Positions 42,701 through 52,602 are shown, counted from the first letter of the stretch. The stretch is DNA of 64,000 nucleotides from Dethiobacter sp. (GCA_003605065.1 QZJM01000020.1:19562-83561), one strand, 5' to 3'. A program made the numbers and translations. The notes: a model not told the origin generated them from the sequence alone.

Positions 42701-45700
42701 GCACGAGAAAGAGCCGCAAAAGCCCGCAGGGAGCAACTGGACGGAGGAGCAGTGGCAGGCTATTACCTGCCGGGGGAAGAATACCCTGGTGACAGCCGGG
42801 GCCGGCTCGGGAAAGACCAGGGTGCTGGTGGAGCGGGTCCTGCAGCTTATCACGGAGGGGAACAACCCCGTGGAGATAGACAGGCTGCTGGTTGTTACCT
42901 TCACTACCACCGCGGCTGCGGAGATGAAGCAGCGCATCGGGGGCGCTCTGGAAAAAGCTATTAAGGAAAACCCCCGCCTTCCCCACCTGCGCCGCCAGCT
43001 TTTGCTGCTGAACAAGGCGTCGATCAGCACCGTTCATTCCTTTTGCCTGGAAGTTATCAGGCGTTATTACTACCTGCGCAACCTGGATCCTTCCTTCCGG
43101 ATTCTGGAAGAAACAGAAGCCGAACTGCTGAGACAGGAAATAATGGAAGAGATCCTGGAGGAGTATTACGAGAGCCAGGAGGCGGACAGCCCTTTTTACC
43201 GCCTGGTGGAGGTATACAGCACCGACCGCGGGGATCAGGCTTTGCAGATGCTGGTGCAGCGCCTCTATCTTTTTTCCAGGAGCCATCTTCAGCCCGCCGC
43301 ATGGCTGCGGGCACAAGCAGGCACTTTTATGGTAAAAGACGCCGAGGAACTGGAACAAACATCGTGGGTAAAGGAACTGCTGCTAGATTGCCGGCTGCAG
43401 TTGGAAAATTTTATCGAACGGATGCAGGAGGCCCTGCAGATTGCCTGCCGGCTGGGGGGGCCGGTGCCATATGTGGAAAACCTGGAAGAAGAGCTTAAGG
43501 CGCTGCAGGTTATGAGGGAAGCCTCCTTCCATTCCTGGGGGGAGCTTTTTGACGCCATGCAGGCGCCTGTTTTCGGCCGTTTGCGGGCCTGCAGGGGGAA
43601 CGAATATGACCCCCTTATAAAAGAAAAAGTTGCCAAAAGCCGTGAGGCCTGTAAGCAAGAACTGCGCAGGCTTAAAGAGGAGCTTTTCCAGCGCTCCCTG
43701 GAGGAGCAGGCGGCGGAGCTAAAGCTCCTCGCTCCTTTGCTGGATATCCTGGTGGAGCTGGTTTTGGCTTTTGAAGGGCGCTACCGCCAGGCCAAGGAAG
43801 AAAAGGGTGCTGCCGACTTTTCCGACCTGGAGCATTATGCGCTGCAGATTTTGAGCCGTCCTGATGCTGCTCCCGGTTCCCTGGAACCTTCAGAGGCGGC
43901 CCTGGAGTACAGGAAACAGTTTAGCGAGGTGCTGGTGGACGAATACCAGGATATAAACCAGGTGCAGGAGGCTATCCTGCGGCTGGTTTCCCTGCCGGAA
44001 CCCGGGGGGAATCTCTTCATGGTGGGAGATGTAAAGCAGAGCATCTACCGTTTCCGCCTGGCCGAGCCGGAGCTTTTCCTCTATAAGCTGCGCGCTTATA
44101 CCTGTGGGCTTTTCCCGGGAATGTGCATTGCCCTTACCCATAATTTTCGCAGCCGCCGGGAAATCCTGGCGGGAGTGAATTTTCTTTTCAGCCAGATTAT
44201 GGACGAGACCGTGGGAGAGATAGAGTACGACCGCAGGGCCTGGCTGCATTACGGCGCATCCTACCCGCCGGTGCCGCAGGAGGGGCCCAGGGACTCCTTT
44301 GCTGTAGAAGCCCTTTTGATCTCCTCTTCCGGGGAAACTGTTTGTGAGGATGGCGCTGCGGATAATGATGAAGAAGTTCGCGATGCATTCAGCAGCGGGG
44401 AAGGTTTTGCCGCGGAGGGAGAAACGGAAGACCCCCTGCAGGAAGCAGAAGAGGAAGAACTGGAAAAAGCCAGCCTGGAGGGCCGCCTCATAGCTCAGAA
44501 AATAAAGGGACTTATGGGGGAAAACGGGGAGGAGCCTTTTCGTATCCTCGATGGCCGAACCAATAAGCAGCGCCCTGTAACCTACCGGGATATGGTTATC
44601 TTGCTGCGCTCGGCCCGGAACTGGGCCATGCCTGTCCTGGAAGAGCTGCGCCGGGCTGGAATACCTGCCTACGCGGAGTTAAGTACAGGCTATTTTGCGG
44701 CCACAGAGGTAGAGGTGATGCTTTCTCTTTTGAGGATCATCGATAACCCCTTTCAGGAAATCCCCTTGGCTGCGGTGCTCCGTTCACCTCTGCTGGGGTT
44801 AACCGCCGAAGAACTGGCGCTTCTCCGCATGGAGGCCCCGGGGGCGAACTATTATGAGGCGCTGCAGTCGTACTGCGCGGGCGCTGAAGATGACGGGGAT
44901 CCCCTGCGGAAGAAGTTAGAAAATTTCCTGCGGGATCTGTGCAGGTGGCAGGACGAGGCCCGGCAGGGCTCCCTGGCCGGACTGATCTGGCAGGTGTACA
45001 GTGATACGGGCTATTATGATCTGGTAGGAGGCATGCCGGGAGGCAACCAGCGTCAGGCCAACCTGCGGGCTTTGTACGACCGTGCTCGTCAGTATGAGGC
45101 TACCTCCCTGCGGGGATTGTTCCGTTTCCTGCGTTTTATGGAGAGGATCAAAGAGCGGGGAGGCGACCTGGGAGCGGCGCGGGCGCTGGGAGAGCAGGAG
45201 AACGTTGTGCGTATTATCACCGTGCATAAGAGTAAGGGATTGGAGTTCCCCGTGGTCTTTGTAGCGGGGCTGGCCAGGCAGTTTAATATGCAGGACCTGC
45301 GGGAGGATTTTCTCCTGCACAAAGAACTGGGCTTTGGACCGAAATTTGTAGATACCGAACGGCGCCTGGTTTATCCTACCCTCCCCTGGCTGGCGCTCAA
45401 AAAACGCCTGCTGCGGGAGCTGCTGGCGGAAGAAATGCGCATTCTGTACGTGGCCCTGACGCGGGCCCGGGAAAAATTAATTCTCATCGCCACAGTCCAT
45501 GATTTAGCAAAAGAGGTACAAAAATGGGAACCCCCGGCACGGGGGAAGGAGCTGCTCTTTCCCGCTTATTACCGGGCACGGGGCAAAAGTTACCTGAACT
45601 GGATCGGGCCAGCCCTGCTGCGCCATCCCCGGGCCGTTGTTTTGCGGGAGATGCCGGGGATAGCTGCTGCGCTGCCCTGCCTGGAGGAAAAAGAGCCTTC

Positions 45701-46580
45701 TTCCTGGCGTGTGCAGGTGTTATCTTTCCGGGAGGCAGCAGGTGGGGCAGGGCTTGTTAAAGAGGAAGGTGAAGGGAGAAAATGGCGGGAACAGGTGGCG
45801 CGCCTGGAACCGGTCCCCGTTGGCAGGAGGTGGGCGGAAGAAATTGCGCGGCGCCTGTCCTGGCGCTACCCTCACCAGGCGGCGGAAAGCCATTTTGCCA
45901 AGATGTCCGTCTCCGAATTGAAGAAGCTCCTGGCGGCGGGGTTAGGGGGGGAGGATGCCGCCGAAGCACCCTGGTTTAAATTTTTCCCCGGTACAGGGCT
46001 GCGTCCCCGTTTCCTGGGGGAAAGCAGCCTGACTGCGGCGGAGAGGGGAACGGCCTATCATGCTGTTATGCAGCATCTCAGGCTTGAACCTCCACCTGAT
46101 GCAGGGGATATACGCTGTCAGTTGGAGGAAATGGCTGCCCGTGGTCATTTAACCCCTCAGGAAAAGGAAGCGGTGGACCCGGAGTCCATAGCCGCTTTTT
46201 TTCAGACCCCCCTGGGACAAAGAATCACCGGCGCCCTGCGGGTAAGGCGCGAGGTTGCTTTCAGCCTGGCTCTTCCTGCCGCCGGGGTTTATCCGGACTG
46301 GCCGGGAGACAGAGAGGATCGTAAAAATTCGTTGCAGGGGGAAGACCAGGTGCTCATCCAGGGAGTCATCGACTGCCTGGCATGGGAAGATGACGGGCTA
46401 TTGCTGGTTGACTACAAGACCGACAATACGGCCGGACTGGAGGACGAAACCCTGAAAAACCGTTACCGCCTGCAGCTTGATCTTTACTCCCGGGCCGTGG
46501 AATTAATCTGGAATGTAAAAGTAAAGGGCAAATACCTGTACTTCTTTGACAACCGGCAGGTAGTGGCCCTGGAAAAATAG
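42687..46580 (+). CDS. addA: ATP-dependent helicase/nuclease subunit A (AddA)
   Basis: UvrD-like helicase motifs (TAGAGSGKT, VDEYQD) and a C-terminal nuclease domain. It overlaps addB by 14 nt. Confidence 0.95.
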   Translation: MTGSEHEKEPQKPAGSNWTEEQWQAITCRGKNTLVTAGAGSGKTRVLVERVLQLITEGNNPVEIDRLLVVTFTTTAAAEMKQRIGGALEKAIKENPRLPHLRRQLLLLNKASISTVHSFCLEVIRRYYYLRNLDPSFRILEETEAELLRQEIMEEILEEYYESQEADSPFYRLVEVYSTDRGDQALQMLVQRLYLFSRSHLQPAAWLRAQAGTFMVKDAEELEQTSWVKELLLDCRLQLENFIERMQEALQIACRLGGPVPYVENLEEELKALQVMREASFHSWGELFDAMQAPVFGRLRACRGNEYDPLIKEKVAKSREACKQELRRLKEELFQRSLEEQAAELKLLAPLLDILVELVLAFEGRYRQAKEEKGAADFSDLEHYALQILSRPDAAPGSLEPSEAALEYRKQFSEVLVDEYQDINQVQEAILRLVSLPEPGGNLFMVGDVKQSIYRFRLAEPELFLYKLRAYTCGLFPGMCIALTHNFRSRREILAGVNFLFSQIMDETVGEIEYDRRAWLHYGASYPPVPQEGPRDSFAVEALLISSSGETVCEDGAADNDEEVRDAFSSGEGFAAEGETEDPLQEAEEEELEKASLEGRLIAQKIKGLMGENGEEPFRILDGRTNKQRPVTYRDMVILLRSARNWAMPVLEELRRAGIPAYAELSTGYFAATEVEVMLSLLRIIDNPFQEIPLAAVLRSPLLGLTAEELALLRMEAPGANYYEALQSYCAGAEDDGDPLRKKLENFLRDLCRWQDEARQGSLAGLIWQVYSDTGYYDLVGGMPGGNQRQANLRALYDRARQYEATSLRGLFRFLRFMERIKERGGDLGAARALGEQENVVRIITVHKSKGLEFPVVFVAGLARQFNMQDLREDFLLHKELGFGPKFVDTERRLVYPTLPWLALKKRLLRELLAEEMRILYVALTRAREKLILIATVHDLAKEVQKWEPPARGKELLFPAYYRARGKSYLNWIGPALLRHPRAVVLREMPGIAAALPCLEEKEPSSWRVQVLSFREAAGGAGLVKEEGEGRKWREQVARLEPVPVGRRWAEEIARRLSWRYPHQAAESHFAKMSVSELKKLLAAGLGGEDAAEAPWFKFFPGTGLRPRFLGESSLTAAERGTAYHAVMQHLRLEPPPDAGDIRCQLEEMAARGHLTPQEKEAVDPESIAAFFQTPLGQRITGALRVRREVAFSLALPAAGVYPDWPGDREDRKNSLQGEDQVLIQGVIDCLAWEDDGLLLVDYKTDNTAGLEDETLKNRYRLQLDLYSRAVELIWNVKVKGKYLYFFDNRQVVALEK

Positions 46581-46674
46581 ATACTAACTCCCGAGAATTT
46601 AATAACATCCGGTGTCTTTTTGTGATATAATAATTTTGATGGTGGTATTTATTTTAAGGGGGTATTATCCGAGA

Positions 46675-47550
46675 ATGCGTTATGAAGGCGCTGTTTACCG
46701 TCCTCCCAGTGAGGCCGGCAGCCTGATCCTGCAGGCTGCTATCGGCTGTTCTCATAACCGCTGTATCTTCTGCGTTTCCTATCTAGACAAGAAATTCCGT
46801 GAGAGAAAAATGGAGGAGATTGTAGAGGATATCGATTATGCTGCTGCACATGTAAAAGGTGTGCACAGGGTTTTTCTGGCTGACGGCAATGCCATGGTTA
46901 TGGATACGGCCAAGCTGCTGGCCATACTGGATAAGCTCCACGAGGCCTTTCCCAGGTTGGAGCGGGTGGGCATTTATGCTACTCCCCGGGACCTGCTCCA
47001 TAAGAAACAAGAAGAGCTGGTGGAGTTAAGGCAGGCAGGGCTAAATATTGTTTACCTGGGAGTGGAAACGGGAAACGAGGAACTTCTGGCCTGGATTCGT
47101 AAAGGCGCTACGCGGCAGGAAGTCAGCGAGGCCGGCAGGCGGGCCAGGGAAGCCGGCCTTATTCTCTCCGTTACCGTGATTAACGGGCTGGGGGGCAGGG
47201 AAAAGATGGCTGTCCATGCCCGCGATACGGCCACGCTTATAAACGAGATTGATCCTGATTACCTGGGCCTGTTGACACTGATGGTCTGCCAGGGGACATC
47301 CCTGGCCAGGCAGGTGCAAAAAAACCTGTTCCAGGTTCCCGAGCCCATGGAGATCCTGAAAGAGATTGAAATGATGATCGAACCGCTGGAGCTGAGCAAC
47401 TGTGTCTTCCGCTGCAACCACGCTTCCAACTACCTCCCTCTGAAGGGGACCTTTCCCCGGGATAAACAGAGACTGCTCGATACCCTGCGCTCTGTGCACT
47501 ACAGCGGTGATACCGGCGTCCTGCGCCCGGAATACTTGCGCGGCCTCTAG
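46675..47550 (+). CDS. radical SAM family protein
   Basis: YRPPSEAGSLILQAAIGCSHNRCIFCVSY cysteine cluster near the N-terminus. GGGGG RBS. Confidence 0.7.
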   Translation: MRYEGAVYRPPSEAGSLILQAAIGCSHNRCIFCVSYLDKKFRERKMEEIVEDIDYAAAHVKGVHRVFLADGNAMVMDTAKLLAILDKLHEAFPRLERVGIYATPRDLLHKKQEELVELRQAGLNIVYLGVETGNEELLAWIRKGATRQEVSEAGRRAREAGLILSVTVINGLGGREKMAVHARDTATLINEIDPDYLGLLTLMVCQGTSLARQVQKNLFQVPEPMEILKEIEMMIEPLELSNCVFRCNHASNYLPLKGTFPRDKQRLLDTLRSVHYSGDTGVLRPEYLRGL

Positions 47551-47687
47551 TAAGAATATGACCGGAAAGTTATTGTTGCTTTAGCAATGATAACTTTTCC
47601 GTCCAAATAAAATATAGACACGCACAAAATCCCTTTTCGCCCCATATACTTATACAGTGACCCTTTTAAAAGGTGGGGGGGAAAGGG

Positions 47688-48392
47688 ATGTTTGCTGTAC
47701 TGGCAGCGGTGGCCCTGGTTCTGAAGAGCATCATGCTTCTCGTTTCCTATATTACCAACGATTCATTTCCCCAGCCCCTGAAGTCCCAGGAAGAAAGGCA
47801 TTTCCTGCAGCTTTTGAGCAATGGTAACGAGGAGGCCAGGCAGGTTCTTATTGAGCGTAACCTTCGCCTGGTAGCACATGTGGTTAAGAAATTTGAAAAC
47901 ACCGGGGAGGATAAGGAGGATCTTATTTCCATCGGAACGATCGGTTTGATTAAGGCTATCAATACTTTTGATAACTCCAAAGGAGCACGGCTGGCCACTT
48001 ATGCCGCCAAGTGCGTGGAAAACGAGATACTGATGCATATCAGGGCCGGCAAGAAGACAAGGCAGGAAATATCTCTCCATGAGCCCATCGGTATTGACAA
48101 GGACGGGAACGAGATTACCCTGGAGGACATACTGGGGAGCAATACTGATGAGGTGCTGGATGAGGTCGAGATGATTCTTCTTGATGAAAAACTTAAAAGG
48201 GTAATTAAAAAATTGAAACCCAGGGAGCGTAAGGTTTTAATGATGCGCTACGGCCTGGAAGGAAAGAAAAAGTATACACAGAGGGAAATAGCCGTTGAGC
48301 TGGGTATCTCCCGTTCCTATGTCTCCAGGATAGAAAAAAAAATACTGTGCAAAATAGCCGAAGAATTCCAGCTTGATGGCTTCCAAAACTGA
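47688..48392 (+). CDS. sigK: RNA polymerase sporulation sigma factor sigma-K (pro-sigma-K), uninterrupted
   Basis: Pro-sequence MFAVLAAVALVLKSIMLLVSYITNDSFPQPL with the NxFPQPL processing motif. Sigma-70 regions 2 through 4 are present. GGTGGGGGGG RBS. Confidence 0.85.
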   Translation: MFAVLAAVALVLKSIMLLVSYITNDSFPQPLKSQEERHFLQLLSNGNEEARQVLIERNLRLVAHVVKKFENTGEDKEDLISIGTIGLIKAINTFDNSKGARLATYAAKCVENEILMHIRAGKKTRQEISLHEPIGIDKDGNEITLEDILGSNTDEVLDEVEMILLDEKLKRVIKKLKPRERKVLMMRYGLEGKKKYTQREIAVELGISRSYVSRIEKKILCKIAEEFQLDGFQN

Positions 48393-48486
48393 ATTTAAAA
48401 ACATGTCGAATTGACACTATTGCCTCGGAAATAACCAAAAAGCGAATAGAGCCCAATGTTCGGAAGGTACAAATGCTGCTTTGTCC

Positions 48487-48515
48487 TTGTTAAAACTTTT
48501 TTTTATATGTATACT
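48487..48515 (+). promoter_or_regulatory. sigma-A-like promoter (TTGTTA, 17-nt spacer, TATACT) followed by a roughly 230-nt leader before the yqeG-like gene
   Basis: Sequence motif only. Confidence 0.35.
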
Positions 48516-48745
48516 GGGTGAAGAGATACGCGATCTTTGGCAGGACAGGAGGGTACTAATACCGGCTTTTTTTGACGGCCGTAGATTAATGTACAAGGGT
48601 TTTTCGGAATGTACGGGTTGTATCCCGGCCTATTTTGGTTAACTTTTCCTGGTGGGGGAAGAAATATTATTGTTCAGGATTATATATCTTAATTAAGAAG
48701 AGGTTTAAAACTAAACTTCCTGCCTTACAGGAGGAGGGTTAAAGC

Positions 48746-49252
48746 ATGTGGAAATACTTGTGTCCAAAACAATATGTGGAGGACGTCCACGGGATAGATT
48801 TGCAGGAGCTTAAGGAAAAAGGCATTAAGGGAATTATTTTGGATCTGGATAACACTCTGGTACCCTGGAATGACAAAGCTGTTTTCCCGGAGGTAAAGGA
48901 GTGGATTCAACAGGTCAAAGAGGCCGGCTTCAGTACCTGTATCGTTTCTAACAATAACCTCCGGCGGGGAGGGGAGTTTTCGGAAATCCTGGAAATACCG
49001 GCGTTTTGGAAAGCGGTTAAACCCCGCCGAAGGGCTTTCCGCAAGGCCCTCAAACTGATGGGGCTCAAGCCTTCCCAGGCGGCTGTGATAGGAGATCAGG
49101 TTTTTACCGATATCCTGGGGGGGAATCGACTGGGACTTCACACTATCCTGGTGCGTCCTTTAAACCAGAGGGAATTTTTAGGGACAATGTGCGTGCGGAA
49201 AGTGGAAAAAGCCGTGCTTTCCAGTTTAAAGCGCAAGGGGTATTTGAAATAA
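48746..49252 (+). CDS. yqeG: YqeG-family HAD-IIIA phosphatase
   Basis: GIILDLDNTLVPW (the DxD motif) and the characteristic YqeG C-terminus. Confidence 0.8.
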   Translation: MWKYLCPKQYVEDVHGIDLQELKEKGIKGIILDLDNTLVPWNDKAVFPEVKEWIQQVKEAGFSTCIVSNNNLRRGGEFSEILEIPAFWKAVKPRRRAFRKALKLMGLKPSQAAVIGDQVFTDILGGNRLGLHTILVRPLNQREFLGTMCVRKVEKAVLSSLKRKGYLK

Positions 49253-49279
49253 TCCTGGCCGGAAATTCTTCAGAAGGTT

Positions 49280-49498
49280 TCACTCAAAATAAACCTTTAG
49301 TTTAAGGTTGCCTGCTGCATCGCGCAGAAATGACAGTTCGGTAATGTTCAGCCCTGCTACGCAGGGCTCTTCATTTTTGATATCTTCCAGAGCTTTGCGT
49401 ACAGCCTGAAGGAGGAGAGCAATGCTGTTAAGGTCTTTTTTGGCTTCAAGATAGGAATCCAGTTTCCTGGTAACGGTGATCTTATTTACAGCCGGCAT
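49280..49498 (-). CDS. small hypothetical protein (72 aa), the only credible minus-strand gene in the window
   Basis: It is convergent with yqeG. I could not assign a family. Confidence 0.35.
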   Translation of the reverse strand: MPAVNKITVTRKLDSYLEAKKDLNSIALLLQAVRKALEDIKNEEPCVAGLNITELSFLRDAAGNLKLKVYFE

Positions 49499-49702
49499 GA
49501 TTCAATCGCTCCAATTTTTATAGAATATGCTTTTACTAGTTATTTTGCCAAATATTTGTAAAAAAACACCTTATGACTCTGGTCATAAAATTTGTCCATT
49601 TTTGAAGGAAAGATAGAATATTTGTGGAAATAATATCTTTAATTAAATTGGTAAAAAAAAGCCCAAAGAAGAATGCGGGCCAGAGATTTTAGAAGGAGTG
49701 TC

Positions 49703-50185
49703 ATGTTTTTTAAACAGGTGAACGAAAACAGCAGGCAAAATAGAGGCTTTACCGTAATTGAGCTGCTGACAGTGCTGGCCATAATGGCGATTATGGCTGC
49801 AGTGGTACTGCCCCGGGTAACGGTTCTTTCCCGTTGGAAACTGGAATCGGCGGCCAAGGGCCTGGCCAGTGACCTGCGCCTGGTACGCCAGGAGGCCATT
49901 ACCACCGGCCAGGTCAGTAGGGTAGTTTTTTATGTTTTTACAAACCGTTACCAGGTACGACTACCGGGGGAAGACCGCTGGGTTAACCTTCCGGAAGGGG
50001 TTTCTTATGAGGGTTCAACAACCTTCTCGGGGAACCCTCCCAATGTGCACTTTAACAAGCAGGGACACCCCAGCGGTGGAGGAACGGTAATATTCAAATC
50101 GGACCAGGGTGAAAAGCGTTATATAATTGTTACCCCGGTAACCGGAAGGGTCAGGATATCCAAAGTACCGCCTGAACATTGGTAA
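49703..50185 (+). CDS. GspH/FimT-like pseudopilin (prepilin-type N-terminal domain)
   Basis: RG|FTVIELLTVLAIMAIMAAVVLP N-terminus. AGAAGGAG RBS. It is isolated from the main pil cluster. Confidence 0.65.
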   Translation: MFFKQVNENSRQNRGFTVIELLTVLAIMAIMAAVVLPRVTVLSRWKLESAAKGLASDLRLVRQEAITTGQVSRVVFYVFTNRYQVRLPGEDRWVNLPEGVSYEGSTTFSGNPPNVHFNKQGHPSGGGTVIFKSDQGEKRYIIVTPVTGRVRISKVPPEHW

Positions 50186-50424
50186 GAGATTTTATTCAAG
50201 TGAATACAATGTTTCAAAATTACCGATATTTTAAAACTTTAGCAGGATTTTCCCCCTGAAAGTGGAATTTAAAAATAGCTATGGGCATAGTAAAGAATGG
50301 CTAGAAATGTATTTAAAATTATCTGGCTTTATTTAAGCAAATCCTTAAGAAACACAAAAATAAAAGAAGAATATGGAGGAAAACAGTTACGCATAAAAAG
50401 AGGTTAAATATTATCCGGCAAAAA

Positions 50425-51462
50425 ATGCTGGAAAAAAACGTCGCAGCTATTCTAGTTTCCCACCGTTCCAACGTTTTTTATTTAAGCGGGTTTACGGGCA
50501 GTAGTGGTTTTTTGCTGGTAACTCCTGAAGAGGCTCTGCTTTATACGGATTTTCGCTATTTAGAGCAGGCCGGAGAACAGTCTCCCGCTTTTGAGGTTGT
50601 GAAGGTAGAGAGTTCTACTGATTATTCCCGGGCAGCCGGCCTGCTTTCCCAAAGGGGGCTGCCAAACCTGGCCGTGGAAGAGGCCCGTTTGACTTTAAGA
50701 GAATACAATATGCTTAAAGAGGCTGTCTCTGGTACTGCACTGCTTCCCCTGTATAATTTTTTTGAGGAAATCAGGGCTGTAAAGGAAGAACCGGAGGTGG
50801 AGTTAATAGCAAGGGCGGCGCGTATAGCCGTTGAAGCCTGGCAGGATGTGCTTTCTCTGCTCAAGCCCGGTATCAGTGAGCTGGAAGTGGCTTATGAACT
50901 GGAGTATCGTTTGCGCAAAAGGGGCTCAGAAAGATTGCCATTTGAGATCATTGTCGCTTCCGGCGAGCGTTCGGCCCTGCCCCATGGGATAGCCAGCACC
51001 AGGATAATCCGGGAAGGAGAACTGGTTGCTGTTGATTTTGGAGCAGTATCTGGCGGTTACTGCTCTGATATGACCAGGACTTTCCTCCTGGGAGAGCCTT
51101 CGGAAAAGCAGCAGGAAATCTATAACCTGGTACATGAAGCTCAGGAAATGGCTTTTAAAATGATCAAGGCGGGGCAGGAATGTGCCGGTGTGGATGCCGT
51201 GGTACGCCAGTACTTTCAGCAGCAGGGTTACGGAGCGCACTTTGGCCACGGGCTGGGCCACGGTGTAGGGTTGGATGTCCATGAACTTCCCACCCTGTCA
51301 CCGAAAGGGCAGGAAACATTACAGGAAATGATGGTCTTTAGTGTCGAACCGGGTATATATATCGAGAAATGGGGAGGGGTTAGGATAGAAGATCTCGTTG
51401 TCCTGCGTCACGGTGGACTGCAAATTCTCACGGGAAGCGACAGGAAACTTTTGTTGGGTTAA
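50425..51462 (+). CDS. Xaa-Pro aminopeptidase / M24 family peptidase (YqhT-like)
   Basis: Creatinase N-domain plus a pita-bread fold. Metal ligands are present in HGLGHGVGLDVHE...SVEPGIY...RIED. Conserved N-terminal residues appear to be encoded upstream of the first ATG. Confidence 0.85.
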   Translation: MLEKNVAAILVSHRSNVFYLSGFTGSSGFLLVTPEEALLYTDFRYLEQAGEQSPAFEVVKVESSTDYSRAAGLLSQRGLPNLAVEEARLTLREYNMLKEAVSGTALLPLYNFFEEIRAVKEEPEVELIARAARIAVEAWQDVLSLLKPGISELEVAYELEYRLRKRGSERLPFEIIVASGERSALPHGIASTRIIREGELVAVDFGAVSGGYCSDMTRTFLLGEPSEKQQEIYNLVHEAQEMAFKMIKAGQECAGVDAVVRQYFQQQGYGAHFGHGLGHGVGLDVHELPTLSPKGQETLQEMMVFSVEPGIYIEKWGGVRIEDLVVLRHGGLQILTGSDRKLLLG

Positions 51463-51488
51463 ATATAAAATGGGGAGTGATTTAATGA

Positions 51489-52046
51489 ATGATATCTACT
51501 AATGATTTCCATACCGGGTTAACCATCGAATTAGACGGGGATGTCTATATCGTGATCGAATTCCAGCATGTCAAACCCGGAAAGGGTTCCGCTTTTGTGC
51601 GCTCGCGTTTGAAAAATATGCGCAGTGGTGCTACTACGGAAAGGACCTTCAGGGCGGGGGAAAAGGTTTCCCGGGCCATCATTGAGAGGAAAGGAATGGA
51701 ATATCTCTATAACGCAGGGGAAGAATATATTTTAATGGATATGGAAAGCTATGAACAGATCTCCCTTGGTTCTCACAAGCTGGGAGACAGCTTGAAATAT
51801 TTGAAGGAAAATATGCGCCTTAATATATTGCTTTTCAAAGATGATGTCATCGGTATCGAGCTTCCGAATTCCGTTGAGCTGAAAGTTGTGGAGACGGATC
51901 CGGGGTTTAAAGGTGATACCGCCGCCGGTGGAAGCAAGCCGGCCAGGCTGGAAACGGGCCTGATTGTGCAGGTGCCTTTCTTTATCAATGAGGGGGATAT
52001 TCTTAAAATAGATACCCGTACCGGTGCTTATCTTGAGCGCGTTTAG
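51489..52046 (+). CDS. efp: elongation factor P
   Basis: [20 protein letters not shown]...[17 protein letters not shown], including the KPGKG loop. Confidence 0.95.
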   Translation: MISTNDFHTGLTIELDGDVYIVIEFQHVKPGKGSAFVRSRLKNMRSGATTERTFRAGEKVSRAIIERKGMEYLYNAGEEYILMDMESYEQISLGSHKLGDSLKYLKENMRLNILLFKDDVIGIELPNSVELKVVETDPGFKGDTAAGGSKPARLETGLIVQVPFFINEGDILKIDTRTGAYLERV

Positions 52047-52095
52047 TTAAAAATATAGTTGGTGTTTATTATTAAATTTTAAGGGGGTTTTATTA

Positions 52096-52602
52096 ATGGA
52101 AGATCTTAATACCAGGATGGGTTACTTGAGGGGCTTGGCTGAAGGGCTGGGGATAAACGATGATACCAGGGAAGGAAAAATTATCAACCAGATAATTTCT
52201 GTACTTGATGATATCGTGGATTCCGTGGAAACTATGAAAGAAGATTACGACGAACTGTTTTCTTATGTGGAAGCCATTGATGAAGATCTGACCGATCTGG
52301 AGAACGACTTCGAAGACGCTGAAGACGCTGAAGATGATGAAGATGATGAAGATGATGAAGATGACTTCGACGATGAAGAGGATGAGGATGAAGACGAGGA
52401 TGACGGGGATTACGATGTAAGTTTTACGGTGGAATGCCCGGAATGCCGCCAGGAAGTGATTATCGACGAAGATATCCTGGAGGACGAGGAGTCCCTGGAG
52501 GTGCTCTGCCCCAACTGTGGGAGGGTAGTCTTTATAAATGACGAAGAGTGGGAAGAAGAGCTTGAAGGAACAGAGAAGGAAGATGATAAAGAGGGTGAAT
52601 AA
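52096..52602 (+). CDS. highly acidic protein with a C-terminal CxxC...CxxC zinc ribbon (position of B. subtilis YqhV)
   Basis: Contains the D/E run DAEDAEDDEDDEDDEDDFDDEEDEDEDEDD followed by CPECRQEV...CPNCGRV. Confidence 0.55.
   Translation: MEDLNTRMGYLRGLAEGLGINDDTREGKIINQIISVLDDIVDSVETMKEDYDELFSYVEAIDEDLTDLENDFEDAEDAEDDEDDEDDEDDFDDEEDEDEDEDDGDYDVSFTVECPECRQEVIIDEDILEDEESLEVLCPNCGRVVFINDEEWEEELEGTEKEDDKEGE

Noticed and set aside
39680-46148. Numerous 60-300-aa ORFs on both strands within addB/addA (for example 42471-43358 -, 41510-42031 -, 43043-43498 +).
   Set aside because: They are products of about 60% GC coding DNA. All overlap AddA or AddB frames that have canonical helicase and nuclease motifs.
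47688-48392. A skin-like intervening element splitting sigK.
   Set aside because: The gene is continuous from pro-sequence through region 4. There is no insertion.
49499-49702. Hairpin GCCC...GGGC preceded by A8 as a minus-strand terminator.
   Set aside because: The stem is only 4 bp, and no minus-strand gene lies upstream of it in the correct orientation.
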